A stretch of DNA of 64,000 nucleotides from Saccostrea echinata (Eukaryota), in contig NW_026889805.1 of the NCBI RefSeq assembly GCF_033153115.1, forward strand, positions 15,748,001-15,812,000, read 5' to 3'. This document shows, in pieces, positions 24,070 to 36,894 of this stretch. Every line of letters starts with the position of its first letter. The first letter of the stretch is position 1. The translations under genes and the position numbers were made by a program. The notes beneath the pieces are model-generated. The model worked only from the letters and a program-made list of their open reading frames with translations. It did not search any database and was not told the DNA's origin.

Positions 24070-25689
24070 TGATATGTTCGCCCACAGAATTATATTCCCA
24101 CGAATTGAATTTTCGGCATCCTATCAAATGAAAACGATTTCGCAGCATTGTTATTACCAGTGGAATAGAAGAAGGGACATTTACCCGTGAAGGCAGTTTA
24201 TTCATTTTTGACGGTTAAAAGAACAATGCTAGGACAATTCCAAGTGAAGTTCTTAACAGACTAATGCAACACCTCTTCTTGAGAGCATAGGTTGTAAAAT
24301 TTCAGAACATGCAGATATACATGTATATACATTGTAAATATTGTTGAGGAAGATCCGGAAAACAACTTGAAGAGAGCAATAATGTTACACAGGACAAGGT
24401 CTGGAGAGAATGATACTAAACATGGCGTTATGGATGAGTACCAACAGAAACCTTTCATCTATGACTGGCTCCACACATGAGTAATATGCTGAAGTACAAA
24501 AGTGTGCAATCCATAGTTCTTAGTTAATTGCCAAAATAGTATCAAAATTTCGTATCATTTTTTGGAAATAGGCTTGAGGTCACCGTAACTAAGAAACTTC
24601 GAGCGACACACTTTAATAGAATGCAAAGTAAACAGACATTTTTTTAATTGTTAAAGCAACTAGTAATTCATAACTTGAAAATACAACAGTCTTCAAAGCT
24701 TATCATTTCAAGTCCGGAGAATGAGATCCGTCTACACCATCTTGCGAACGCTAGACTACACGTCATTGGACAGATACTGAGTATATGTTACCAATGTTTC
24801 TCTATTCTTAACACCTGTCTCCTCAATGGGAAATTTTGGAAAGAAAGGTCTTCCATGAATTATGATTAAGATAAATAAAAACACACAAAATATGCAAGAA
24901 CAAATATCTAAATGTATGGATCACCTTGCTCACGTCGCTGAATCGGAGCCTCAAGTATGAAAGACAGATACATAAATAGTTAAGATCCAGTTTGTGGATT
25001 CGCCATATAAAGACAGAAAAATACGAAGCTCTCAAAATAGATATTTTAAAACATGATCACAATTACTGTTCGAACAATTTGTAAGATTTGGGAATACATC
25101 TCGTCGGTGGTCGATTTTCATGGATTTCGTGTGCACCCCTTATCGGCCAATTTGCAACCTCTACGATTACTGAATCATGTCTTTGGTAAAGGGATGTTCG
25201 CCTGTGAATTATGTTCCCATGAATCAAATTTTTAAGATATTTGCTCCCATACGAATTAAAAAGGACTCTTAAGTATTGTAAAACGTCAGTGAAATAAAAG
25301 GTGGGACAACTGGTAAAGTTACTGAAGAGGTATTTTTATCATTTAGACAATGTTAGGAAAGCACTTAACAGGTTTGATACTCCCGCTCTGGAGAGCAGAA
25401 GTTGTAAACGACAAAGAGTGTCCAGAAAAAAAAAAACTGGAGGTTCCACGGCAACGAGTTGACACAGGACCCCTGACGTTGTGAGGATGGTGGTCTGAGA
25501 AAATAAATAATAATTTAAAGAGCTTTTGGAGATATTGTTAGGAAGAATCCAAATCAGAAGCAAAGTAAATGCACTATACTGACACTGTTTGAACTGATAA
25601 GTTATCGCTAGGCTCTCCATTGGACAAATTAAACGTTGTACGGGAAGATCCGAAATTCCTGAAGAACAATTAGGTGTCACAGGACAAGG

Positions 25690-27945
25690 TCTGGAAAGGC
25701 TTATACTTAACATGACATGGTGGACAAGTACATGTATCATCGGTCTGAAGAGGCTTATACTAAACATGACATGGTCGACGAGTATCATCGGTCTGGGAGG
25801 CTTATACTAAACATGATATGGTGGACGAGTATCATCGGTCTGGGGAGGTTTATACTAAACATGACACGGTGGACGATACTTAACATGCAATGGTGGACAG
25901 GTATCATCGGTCTGGATAGACTTACACTAAACATGATATGGTGTGGACGATACTAAACATGATATGGTGTGGACGACACTAAACATGATATGGTGTGGAC
26001 GATACTTAACATGACATGGTGGGCGATAATTAACATGACATGGTCAACGATACTTAACATGACATGGTGGACGAGAATCCTCGGTCTAGAGAGGCTTACA
26101 CTTAACGTTACATGGTGGACGATACTATACATGGCATGGTGGACGGGTATCATCGCTCTGGAGTATCCCATACTAAACATGAAAAAGTGGCCGAATATCG
26201 CTCTGGAGTGGCCTATACTTAACATAACAAGGTTGACGAGTATCATCGGTCTGGAGAGGCTTATACTGCACATGACCAGGTGGCCGAATATCATCGATCT
26301 GGAGTGACCTATACTAAACATGACATGTTGGGCGAATATCATCGGTCTGGAGAGGCTTACATTAAACATGAAAAAGTGGACAAGTATCATCGGTCTTGAG
26401 AGGCTCACACTAAATATGACAAAGAGGACGAGTATCATCGGTCTGGAGAGTCTATACTAAACATAACAAGGTGGACGAGTATCATCGGTCTGGAGAGGCT
26501 TATACTAAATATAACACTGTGGACGATACTTAACATGCAATGGTGGACAAGTATCATTGGTCTGGAGAGACTTACACTAAACATGGCATTGTGGACGAAT
26601 ATCATCGGTCTGTAGAGGCTTATACTCAACATGACATAGTAGACGAATATCATCGATCTGGGTGGCTTTCACTAAACATGATATGGTGGACGAGTGTCAT
26701 TGGTCTAGAGTGGCTTATACTCAACATGACATGGTGGACAGTACTAAGCATGAAATGGTGAACGATACTTAACATAACATGGTGGGCGATACTTATCATG
26801 ACATGATGGACGATACTAAACATGACATGGTGGACGAGAATCATCGGTCTGGAGAGGCTTTGTCTTAACATTACATGGTGGATGATACTAAACATGACAT
26901 AATGGACAAGCATCATCGGTCTGGAGAGGGTTACACTAAACAAGACATGGTGGACGGGTAACATCGGTCTGGAATGGCCTATACTAAACATGACAAGGTG
27001 GACGGGTATCATCGGTCTGGAGTGGCCTATACTAAACATGAAAAAGTGGCCGAATATCGTCTGTCTGGATGGCCTATATTAAACATGACATGGTGGACGA
27101 ATATCAACGGTCTGGAGTGGCCTATAATAAACATGACATGGTGGACGAATATCATCGGTCTGGGAGGCTTACATTAAACATGACATGGTGGACAAGTATC
27201 ATCGGTCTGGAGAGGCTTATACTGTACATGACAAGGTGGCCGAATACCATCGATCTGGACCGGTCTATACTAAACATGACATGGTGGACGAGTATCATCG
27301 GTCTGGAGAGGCTTATACTAATCATGAAATGGTGGATGATGCTTAACATGAAATGGTGGACGATACTAAATATGACATGGTGGACAATACTAAATATGAA
27401 ATAGTGGTCGATGACTAACATGACATGGTGGGCGATACTTATCATAACATGTTGGACGATACTAAACATGACATGGTGGACGAGAATCATCGGTCTGGAG
27501 AGGCTTATACTTAACATTACATGGTGGACGATACAAAACATGACATGATGGACAAGTATCATCGGTCTGGAGAGGGCTATACTTAACATGACATGGTGGA
27601 CGGGTATCATCGATCCGGAATGGCCTATACTTAACATGACAAGGTGGCCGAATATCATCGGTCTGGAGTGGCCTATACTAAACATGACATGAAGAACCAG
27701 TATCATCGGTCTGGAATGGCTTATACTAAACATGACATGGTGGACGAGTATCATCGGTCTGGAATGGCCTATACTAAACATGACATGGTGGACGAATATC
27801 ATGGGTCTGGAGAAGCATATACTAAAATGTCACGGTGGACGAATATCATTGGTCTGGGAGGCTTACACTAAATATGACATGGTTGACGAATATCATCGGT
27901 CTCGGAGACTTACACTAAATATGACATGGTGGACGAGTATCATCG
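25690..27945. repeat. Compound minisatellite of 48-bp and 24-bp units, about 2.25 kb
   Basis: Long unit ATACTAAACATGACATGGTGGACGAGTATCATCGGTCTGGAGAGGCTT; the short unit is its first 24 bp. The two are interspersed. Confidence 0.95.
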
Positions 27946-29050
27946 GAAGCCTTACATCATCAGTGACCTTGGCATCAAAAATGACTAGGGAATAAATGTG
28001 AGCAATCCAAAAAAATCAAAATCTCGTAATCCTTTTTTGTGAAGACAAGTTCGACACCATCGTGGTTTAGCAACTTCGATCGACACGCAAGAGATGCAAT
28101 AATTTGTTGAATGATAATATTGGTTTCTGGAAGTTTTTTTTATAGAACATTTGTTGCATGGATAATAAAATATATGACACTGCATTATTTAGACCTTAAA
28201 AATTTTAATGGCAATGAATTAAGAAAACAGGAGCTGCCAATGCACTTTATTTGCAAAAACTGGTGTATAGAGTTAATTCTACCCGAACAGAATATACGTA
28301 AAGGCTAAATGATATAGCAAGCCATTGTTCAGCAAAGAGACTGAATAACATTTCTACTATTTAAACACATAAAAATTGACTACTTTTTGTAGAAATTGTC
28401 TACCTCTTCTTGATATGATGTAATAAAGATCAATTCTCATTTAAACGCTGCAGATCATATTATTTTTTCAAGAGGAAAAAGCTAACTTATTACTGGTAAT
28501 ATAAGCAATGTCATTTTTTCAAGACATTACCTGAGCTGGACTCTCAAGTTAGCTTTTCTATCAGAATTTTTCTCTGTATGTATATTTGCTCGAAAAATCT
28601 CAAAAGATCGACTTCAATTATCCAAGTAGACTACCAGAAATATTTAATCACAGATCACTTCATTCAAAAACTTGGAAGTGTGGCTATTTGACCAAAATGA
28701 ACATCGTTTCACGCATCTGCCTAACAACCCACTACAAAGATTTCATCACAACAGTTGAGTAGTGACTGCAAACACTGGCGGCCAAAAAGTATTTGATGCT
28801 AGAGAAAAAAAACGGTTAAAAAAAACTTTTCCCATACTACGACTGAGGAACAAAATTATGCCTCATAATTGACTTTACAAATTACATCCCAGTGCGTTAA
28901 TTGACTCAGCAAACAGCAGTTGCTGTCATATTTATGAATGTTAGTGATGCCTGCAGTAGATATATGTAATTGATAAACAAAATTAACCTAAATCTTTTCT
29001 CATTAAATCGAGTTGCCTAGTTACGCAGACGGTAAGGTATGGCACGCCGA

Positions 29051-29157
29051 CAATCTGATTAAAATCAGATCTTTGTTACGCTCCGAAATTCTGATGGTCG
29101 CTGTACAAGACCATCAGAATTTCGGAGCGTAACAAAGATCTGATTTTAATCAGATTG
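29051..29157. mobile_element. 107-bp perfect hairpin insertion with a 10-bp TSD (Mutator-like miniature)
   Basis: Perfect 49-bp arms and a 9-nt loop, flanked by GGCACGCCGA at 29041-29050 and 29158-29167. Confidence 0.85.
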
Positions 29158-30371
29158 GGCACGCCGATTGCTTCAAAATTATTTTCTGCACGACCTTAAA
29201 CAAAAATTACACGAGTAAGTAAAAACCTACACAAAGTGAGGAAAATATACACGAAGTTATTGAAATTTACACAAACTATAGAAAAACTGCAAAATCAACA
29301 AAATATTTACACGATATATTGAGGAAATTACACAAACGTAAAAACAAGAACTGCACGAGTGAGAATACAACATCGACATAATATGCTACGCATCCTCATT
29401 GCGCACATGTTATTAATATTCATTAGAGAGCAGCTCAATGTGGCTTGGATGCTTGAAACATATTATAAATACATAAGGAGAAGTAAAGTGTAAGTAATCT
29501 TTTTAAAAAAGATTCTTTTGAAATTCCGCTAGACTCTCAAGAACATGTACAACGTATATTATGTAGATAAATTGACTGGCACATAATCTTAAACTTGTAG
29601 TATATGAACACCCCTGAATAAAAAACATTCTACACAGAAAACATGTATAAATAACGTAAAAAGGGGGGTTGCATATTACCAGTTGTGTGTTTAATTGTTG
29701 GATTTTTTAAAGTATGTCATTCCTCTGTATAGCAATTTCTTTTGAAAGTTTAAAACAATGACATATAGGCCTAAATAAAAATAAATAAAAACAACATGTG
29801 ATATAATACAGGAGAGTTAACAACAAATCAAACTCTTCTCTCCTCCACCACCCACTGAGTATACTTTTGGTAATAATCAAGGATGTACATGCGTGACCTT
29901 TTCATACAGAGATCCCTCCCTGCTGGTTCTGGAACGAAAGACAACTGTACGCTAATCGATTTATAGATATTTGACACACCAATAATACCTTTTGATTAAA
30001 AATTATATTACTAGCAATTCATACAAAGATTTTGAAGCAATGTTGCGATCATCTGGGTTGTGGAATTTGACCGAAAACTTTTTGGGAGTCAACAGTAAAG
30101 AAACTCGAGCAAATAATTGTGCAACTTAAATTTTAATATTGAAATGCATATCTCACTTTTTGATATATGTATGTAATAAAGTACATGTAGTACATGGTCT
30201 TAACTTTTGAGCAACGTGTGGTGATTTCATAAAATGTAGAAAAATTATACAGTCGTTTTACTTATGTGAATTAAAGCTTAATTTATGTTGTTTTTAATGT
30301 ACCTGCGGTAGTCTATTTTGAATAGTCAAAATGCATATAAAAGAGTTAAGAAAATTTAAAATTATAAAATA

Positions 30372-30663
30372 CAGGCACGTAGTATCATTTTTGAAAGTGG
30401 TGGGGGCAGCCAGAATTTTTTTTTTTGACAACCTACCTGCCAAACTCAAAAATCCTATTTCGTGTGTGTGTGTGTGGGGGGGGGGGGGGAGGAGGGGGGC
30501 CTTCCACTTTCTTTTCGAAACACATTATAATACCAAATTACTTTGATTTAAACTGTCCTACAGCAAAGGGGGGACCAGATTTTCAGTGGACATTTACAAA
30601 AGAAGTAGGTTATGTTTGGAAAAAAGGGGGGGGGGGCAAGCCCCTACTGATGCTACGTGCCTG
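30372..30663. mobile_element. MITE (duplicate copy at 41966-42263)
   Basis: TIR CAGGCACGTAG(T/C)ATCA / TGATGCTACGTGCCTG with G-run-rich interior; AAATA on both flanks. Confidence 0.7.
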
Positions 30664-31830
30664 AAATATTTTCTAAGAATTTAAGGGTACATATAATAGT
30701 GTACGGAAGTAGTGAAATTCAACTGAACTGTAACGATATTGTAAGACCAAATTCAGGAAGACATACAAGATGAACTTAATTAGCTGGGACTTGGCTTCAC
30801 ATGCATATTTATTTTCAATGCAGATTTTGACAATAATAAATTTTCACACGGTAATAAAACAAAGATTTCTTGAGGTTTATATTCATCACATGTTTTCTTA
30901 TATTTATTCGTAGTCATGCTCGAAGTAAAACAAGACCTGGTTGATGCCATTGATACACATGTACAATATTGTTATAAAGCAAACTTTTAATTACTTGTAC
31001 ATGTATACGTACAAAATACAAATTGCATAGATTAGGCTTTTTAACTCATAATCTGAATTTTCAAAAACGTTAGATATGCACATGAATAATCTTTTAAAAA
31101 AAGAATCTTGTATAAAATATGTTCCTTTAATGTTATTGAAGATTATTTTCATTTTATAATTATACAGTCATGTTCTTTTTTTATAACGACTATAGATTTG
31201 GGTAAAAAAGTGTTATTACAAAAACTGAGTGTTCGGAAAAAAATTAAAATTTTATGCATACAAATTCGAAATGTAAAGATAAATTGTTATCTTGGAAAAT
31301 ATTTGTCAAACCTCGAGCTCCATAAAGAACATATATAATTTATTTGCATTATTCAAGAGTGATAAAACACATTCTATGTTCTTTCTATTTATTCTAATAT
31401 CCATTTCCATTTTCTTATTTGTAACACTGTACGTAAATGTATTTAGTAATTCACTATATTTTTAAAATTTCTGATGTGTCATTATGGTCCAACGATTTGA
31501 AACTTTAATAAATACATAGATTCAGATTTTGCGACTCCAATCAATCCACGAACCAGATCCGCCACTGATGATATGTTTTACCAGTGCCAGGATCATTTGA
31601 GTAGAGTTTTGTTATTTTTAAGTATCAAAACACAAAACCACATGTACTACAGCACATAGAGTATATATATATTTCCCTTTAATTATCTGATCCTTTTTAT
31701 TAAAAGTGAAAGCATTTATCAAGTAATCGCCATTACGAATGAGGGTAACTCTTATACCCTCAGGAATGTCTTGTTTTTTATTGAGTAGTTTATGACTGAA
31801 AATATGCGATATCACGGAAGGAATTCATAA

Positions 31831-31907
31831 TAGTGTAGGCTGATATCCTCATATTGTATAAGTAAAAAATTTTTACTTATACAATATGAGGATATCAGCC
31901 TACACTA
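31831..31907. mobile_element. 77-bp perfect palindrome with TAG..CTA termini and TAA flanks (duplicate copy at 43427-43503)
   Basis: TAGTGTAGGCTGATATCCTCATATTGTATAAGTAAAAA-A-TTTTTACTTATACAATATGAGGATATCAGCCTACACTA, with TAA on each side. Confidence 0.75.
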
Positions 31908-33117
31908 TAATATAATTCAGGATTATGTACAACCCGAGATAATCAAGTAATTTACACATTTATTCTGAAATTGAGCCCTTTATAATGTTAATTACAGACT
32001 AATTCTATCGGACATTCATTCAATGGTCAATTAAATTTATTTTGATAAGTATACTCTTCACGTCTTTTAGACATTCTAAGAAGGTTTTCATTTTGTTGTC
32101 CTCCGTTCTAGATCCGATCGTATCTAACTAATAAAAACTATGAAAGTACGTTTTGTATTATACATAAAGCATTAATTTACAATTCTTTAATTAACACCTT
32201 ACTCAAAACAAAATAAATGTAATTCAGTATATCTATAAGATAAGAAAGCAGTAAAAGAAATCAGGTGATCGAAATTTATCGCTAGTAAATTAAACAGGGA
32301 TAATTCCATTCTAATCAAAATTTATTAACCATAGTACTTCTTTTTATGAAATCTGAAAAACACCGAATATTCGAATCTTAAATTCATATTCGAATATCAA
32401 CTCATCGAATGAATATTCGAATGTTCGAATATTCGTTGCCATCCCTAGTAAAAATACATGTATAATTAGAAATAAAATATTTTTTATGTTCAGGTAATCT
32501 CCACTTTTTAATCTTTTTGAAAATAAAAAAAAAAACTGAATAATTTTCTACTCCTAAATGAAAAAAAAAAATCTTCCCAAATTAATTCATAATTAGAACA
32601 AATGAGAAGTACCAAAATAAATTATAATCAGAAATAATTCTGCCATCATTTTCATGAAGAATCCACTTTATTAATCGTTTTATTATACATGTGTTAATTT
32701 TATTTTATACAAGTACTTTCCGTTAAAGTTGTATCTATGAGTTAGAGATTTTTAAAAGGCCTTAGAGTATATATTTAAAAAAAAAACAATTCTATATCTT
32801 TTTTTTTTAAAGCAAGATATGTTTATCGTTAGGAATTTAGAGTTTGCTACATGTATTACTTTTAGTTCGGAGTCGAGTGCATCATATGCAATGGTACTTT
32901 TTCCCCCCGCATTAACACAAACATGCGATTCCTTTCTTGCCACAATTTATGTCCGGCATCATATAATACCTCCATATTTTGGCTAGGATCTCGGTCAATA
33001 TAAGAAAATATGATATCTCCGAGCAACTTTTAATTTTTTCTTACAGTTCACAAGAAAACACTTCATTCGTTCGATTGGCATCAGCTAGAAATCAGACCGA
33101 GTTTTAGCAAAGAAATA

Positions 33118-33421
33118 TTGTTTGTTTGTTTGTATGTTGTTTAACGTCCCTCTCGAGAATTTTTCACTCATATGGAGACGCCACCACTTGCCGGTGGAGA
33201 GCTGCAAATTTTGTCCTATACTCGGCACTTACGGCCATTGAGCAGTGAGGGATCTTTTTCGTGCCAGCACCTACTGCGACACGGGACCTCGGTTTATACG
33301 GTCTCATCCGAAGGACCGGTCTCCACGTCCCACAGTGGGATTCGAACCCGCGACGTAAGGATCAACTCCTTACGCCGCGACTCTAGAGCAGACGCTCTAA
33401 CCACTGCGCCACGCGGGCGAC
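33118..33421 (-). mobile_element. Full-length tRNA-derived SINE with a 13-bp TSD
   Basis: Minus strand has A box TGGCGCAGTGG, B box GGTTCGAATCC and a (CAAA)n tail. TSD TAGCAAAGAAATA at 33105-33117 and 33422-33434. Confidence 0.9.
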
Positions 33422-35375
33422 TAGCAAAGAAATAAAGAAGCAAACAAACATGCATATCATCGTCAACGCCATTTTCTCTCGATTACGTCCAACATTCATG
33501 AAGAGATAAAGAGTACAGAAAACCAAGAACACGATGAATATTCTATGTGCATAATAATGATATGCGCAGCTGTATGCGCAGTAAAATTGTTTGTGTAATT
33601 TTTAGTTTCCTCTGCTCGTGCAGTTTTTGATTTTTATGCCCTTAATCGTGTAAAAAATTTCGGAATTCGTGTATTTTTCGTTCTGTTTGTGTATAAAATT
33701 TTTCAAACTATGTGCAATTTTTACCGATAAGTGCATTTTTATTTTACTCGTGTATATTTTTCATCAAGCTCGTGTATAAAATCATGATCGTTCTGCAGAA
33801 AATAATTTTGACGCAATCGGCGTGCCATAGTAAGGAATTTAAGCTGTTGAATTTTTATGCATTTAGGATAATGGCTTCCCTTTTTAACAAAGTCGTAATT
33901 ATAACAGGTAAGTTTTTTCACTTATTCTATGGTTATAAATTTTCTGATGTTAAAAAAACTTAAGCAACTTATTTGTTTTTAGTCATTGCATGTAATATTT
34001 ATAATATCCCCGTTTTCGATGTGACGTAAATGAGCCTCCCTGTAAAGGTTCGAGCAAATGGAATGGAAAACTAGTTTAAGGTTTTGCCAAAGGCCAAGAT
34101 ATCCAAAAATTTATTTTTACAATAGCTCCAAAACTATGTGAGGTATAATGTTAAAACTTTTACAGTTTATAAATATATCATTGATTAACAGATAGAAAGT
34201 ATCACTTGAAAACAAAAATATTAAAAAAAAATTTTTTTGAGGGAAAAAAGTAAAAAAAATTGCATATTTTTTAAAAAAAAAAATGCACCTCCTTAATTCT
34301 GTACTTTTAGTGAAAACCATCATTGCAGAAATAATATATGTTTATCAGTGAAGGGCAAGTTGGACGTGAATGGTCTCTGAAAGGCTGTCATTGAAAGCAT
34401 GACATGTATAAAGACAAGACCCCTATAAAATCCGTCATTTGCAATGTACTTTCGGTTTCAAATCTTAACATTTGGACAAAATGAACAGGGAAAACAACTT
34501 TTCAGAGGCTATAGAAGTCCAACTTGCCCTTCATTGATAAACATATATTGTTTCTGCAATGATGGCTTTCACTAAAAGTACGGAATTAATTAGGTGTATT
34601 TCTTTTAAATATATCATCTTGTATCTAGTGTATTGTTAGAGGAGTAAGTAAGAACTCTGGTGCACCCGTTTCGGAGTTTATTTGCAAAATTTATTAATTT
34701 CTAAGTATAGATTTTAGTAGGCTGCTTTGGCTGCGTTCTTGAACCAAAGGTACAGAGAATCAGTCTGTAGAATGTAGAAAGTGGTGGTAATTCCTGATAG
34801 ACATTCACCTTTGAGTGAAAAATGTTTTTAAAAATCTAATTGAAATTGCATAAAAAGATCTTTAAAAAGACTGTCCTTTGGGGTAAGAAATAGTGGCACA
34901 TCATCAATAAAATATTTAAAAAGTTTGAAAATAATGAGTTCATCCCTTTTCATTTTTTTTCCTCTTGATAATGGGCATAGGTATTAGTCAAAGGATGTGA
35001 TGTCACGAATGAAGAAAATTTGAAAGGTTTGGTTGGATCGACTCTAGAGAAATACGGACAAATCGACGTACTGGTAAGCTGTTTCGGGGGCGGGGGTGGG
35101 GGTGGGTATTACATGTATTTTGTACTCAAACTCTCCAGTATTTAATTTATAAGCTAAGGTTAAATGAACATATTTACCCAAATCTGTTTTTAGTTAATAA
35201 ATGCACAGATCTGTTATTAAAAAGTATATATCCATAATTAAAAGATTTTCTATTAATTTCATATAAAGTTGGTACAAGAAGGAAAAAGAAAAAAGAAAGA
35301 ATTTGTTAAAATATGAATTAAAAACGATAACAAATAATGAAATGATATTTAATTTAGCAGATATTTTTCATTTAA

Positions 35376-35758
35376 GAACCCTCTCTACACTGCACACTAA
35401 AGAGTTCTGATTCTATGGTATTTTTCTGCAATTAGAGTGATCTGCCCTTAGATTTAAATTGTAATAAATTGAAATTTACAGTATATTACTCAATTTGTAA
35501 TCAATTCAAGTATTCTTAACATTTTAAAAGGCCAAGATAAATCAATTGAACATGTTTTTTACATGTATTTTCTCTATGGGGGTAAACAACAGTGGTTTCT
35601 ATTCACTGATACTGTGTTTGTTTGAACATTTTTTCCTGGGGGACAATGCCACGTACCATATAATGAAAATTAAATAGAAAAGCTCAATATTAACACCTCT
35701 ATACAATATATTTTTCTCATTGTCCAAAAAATATTTTGCACTGGTGCAGAGAGGGTTC
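35376..35758. mobile_element. TTAA-targeting MITE, Kolobok-like termini (duplicate copy at 48794-49175)
   Basis: TTAA-GAACCCTCTCT...AGAGAGGGTTC-TTAA. Copy D has a single TTAA at the empty site (58941-58944). Confidence 0.8.
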
Positions 35759-36894
35759 TTAAGTTACCAACTATAAAAAAGCATCAAATATAATAAAGAA
35801 CCATAGATTTTTGTTCAGGGATGGAAATAATCACAAATCAGTCAAATATCTTATGTTGGTTAAAGAAATTAAATATCATTATTTCAACTTGGCAAACTGT
35901 TATGGCATACACGAACCTTGGTTAAGATTTATTTTGATTCATTTGTTATATTTTGAATTATGGATTCCTGTCTCGAGTTTTGATTCGAAAAACTTTTTAT
36001 TCTAAATTAGTTACCTTTTCCTGTTGGGGAACAGAAAAAAAATCGTCATATTATTTTAAAAATTCAGGTGAACAATGCAGGGAGTGCTCGATACGTCAAT
36101 TATCTTGAAACAACAAGGGATGTGTTCGATACTACCTTTAACCTCAACATCCGCGCCCCTTTTTTTCTCACCCAGATGTGTACTACTCACTTGCAGAAAA
36201 CTAAAGGTAAAACTCGAAGCTGAAATGCAATTGCAAGTCACAATATATAAAATAAAGGTTGCAATACGAAGTTTGCTATTTTTATAGGATGTGTGGTAAA
36301 TGTGTCAAGCCTTGCAGGACAACGTACTGTAAGTTAAACCAATTTTACGTTTAAAAGTGTTTTTGTATGAATATAAAAAGGAAAGTAGCATATTTTAGAC
36401 TGTTATGCATATGCTGGTTGCACATTCTGCTGTATGTACAATTTCAATCCTAGCAATTTATAAAAACACTACTTTGCTTCCACAGTTTCCGATTGCGATG
36501 GTGTACGGTATGAGTAAAGCAGCAATGGACCAGTTTACCAGGACTCTCGCTATTGGTCAGTTATTTTGTATAAATATTTCTCTTAATGCTTCCTATAGGT
36601 TTTTATTTTATTTCATTATGTAGAATTCTCCTTTATTTAATAGATTTGGCCAAAGAAAATGTTCGGGTTAATTCAGTTAAGTAAGTAATAAAGAGGAGAG
36701 AATTATTTCAAATTCGAGTTAAATAAGTTTTGTAGAATCTAGTTCAAGCTAATTTTCATTTATCTTTTCAGCCCTGGGGTTATCAAGAGTCTGGAATTTC
36801 AGAAGAGAGCAGGAATGACGGAGCAAATCTACAACCAAGTATGCATATAGTATCAAAACAAAAATTAATTCATTAAATAAATAAAAATAAAAAA

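Larger units (their letters stand above)
29038..33829. mobile_element. 4.8-kb non-autonomous TIR DNA transposon inserted 41 bp upstream of the SDR-B ATG
   Basis: TIR TATGGCACGCCGATTGC(T/G)TCAAAATTATTTTCTGCA at both ends, with arrays of AAATTACACGA-like subterminal repeats in opposite orientation. GTAAGG is duplicated (29032-29037 and 33830-33835), with a single GTAAGG at the empty site in copy D (57647-57652). No transposase ORF seen. Confidence 0.85.

Noticed and set aside
23945-24205. ORF containing SSPELKAQVSFSDHPLSVVRPSVC
   Set aside because: It is a translation of the HINE terminus and microsatellite.
25690-27945. CRISPR-like array, or a His/Met-rich repeat protein from the many ORFs
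   Set aside because: There are no unique spacers and no cas genes in this eukaryotic context. The ORFs arise in all frames from 24/48-bp units and are repeatedly broken by stops and frameshifts.
33172-33435. 87-aa ORF METPPLAGG... (also 44767-45030, 37636-37887 and 51051-51302)
   Set aside because: These lie entirely within SINE copies, and their recurrence is explained by the segmental duplication.
36075-36287. Repeated ORF MQGVLDTSII... (also 49492 and 59258)
   Set aside because: It is an off-frame reading of SDR exon 4 plus intron.
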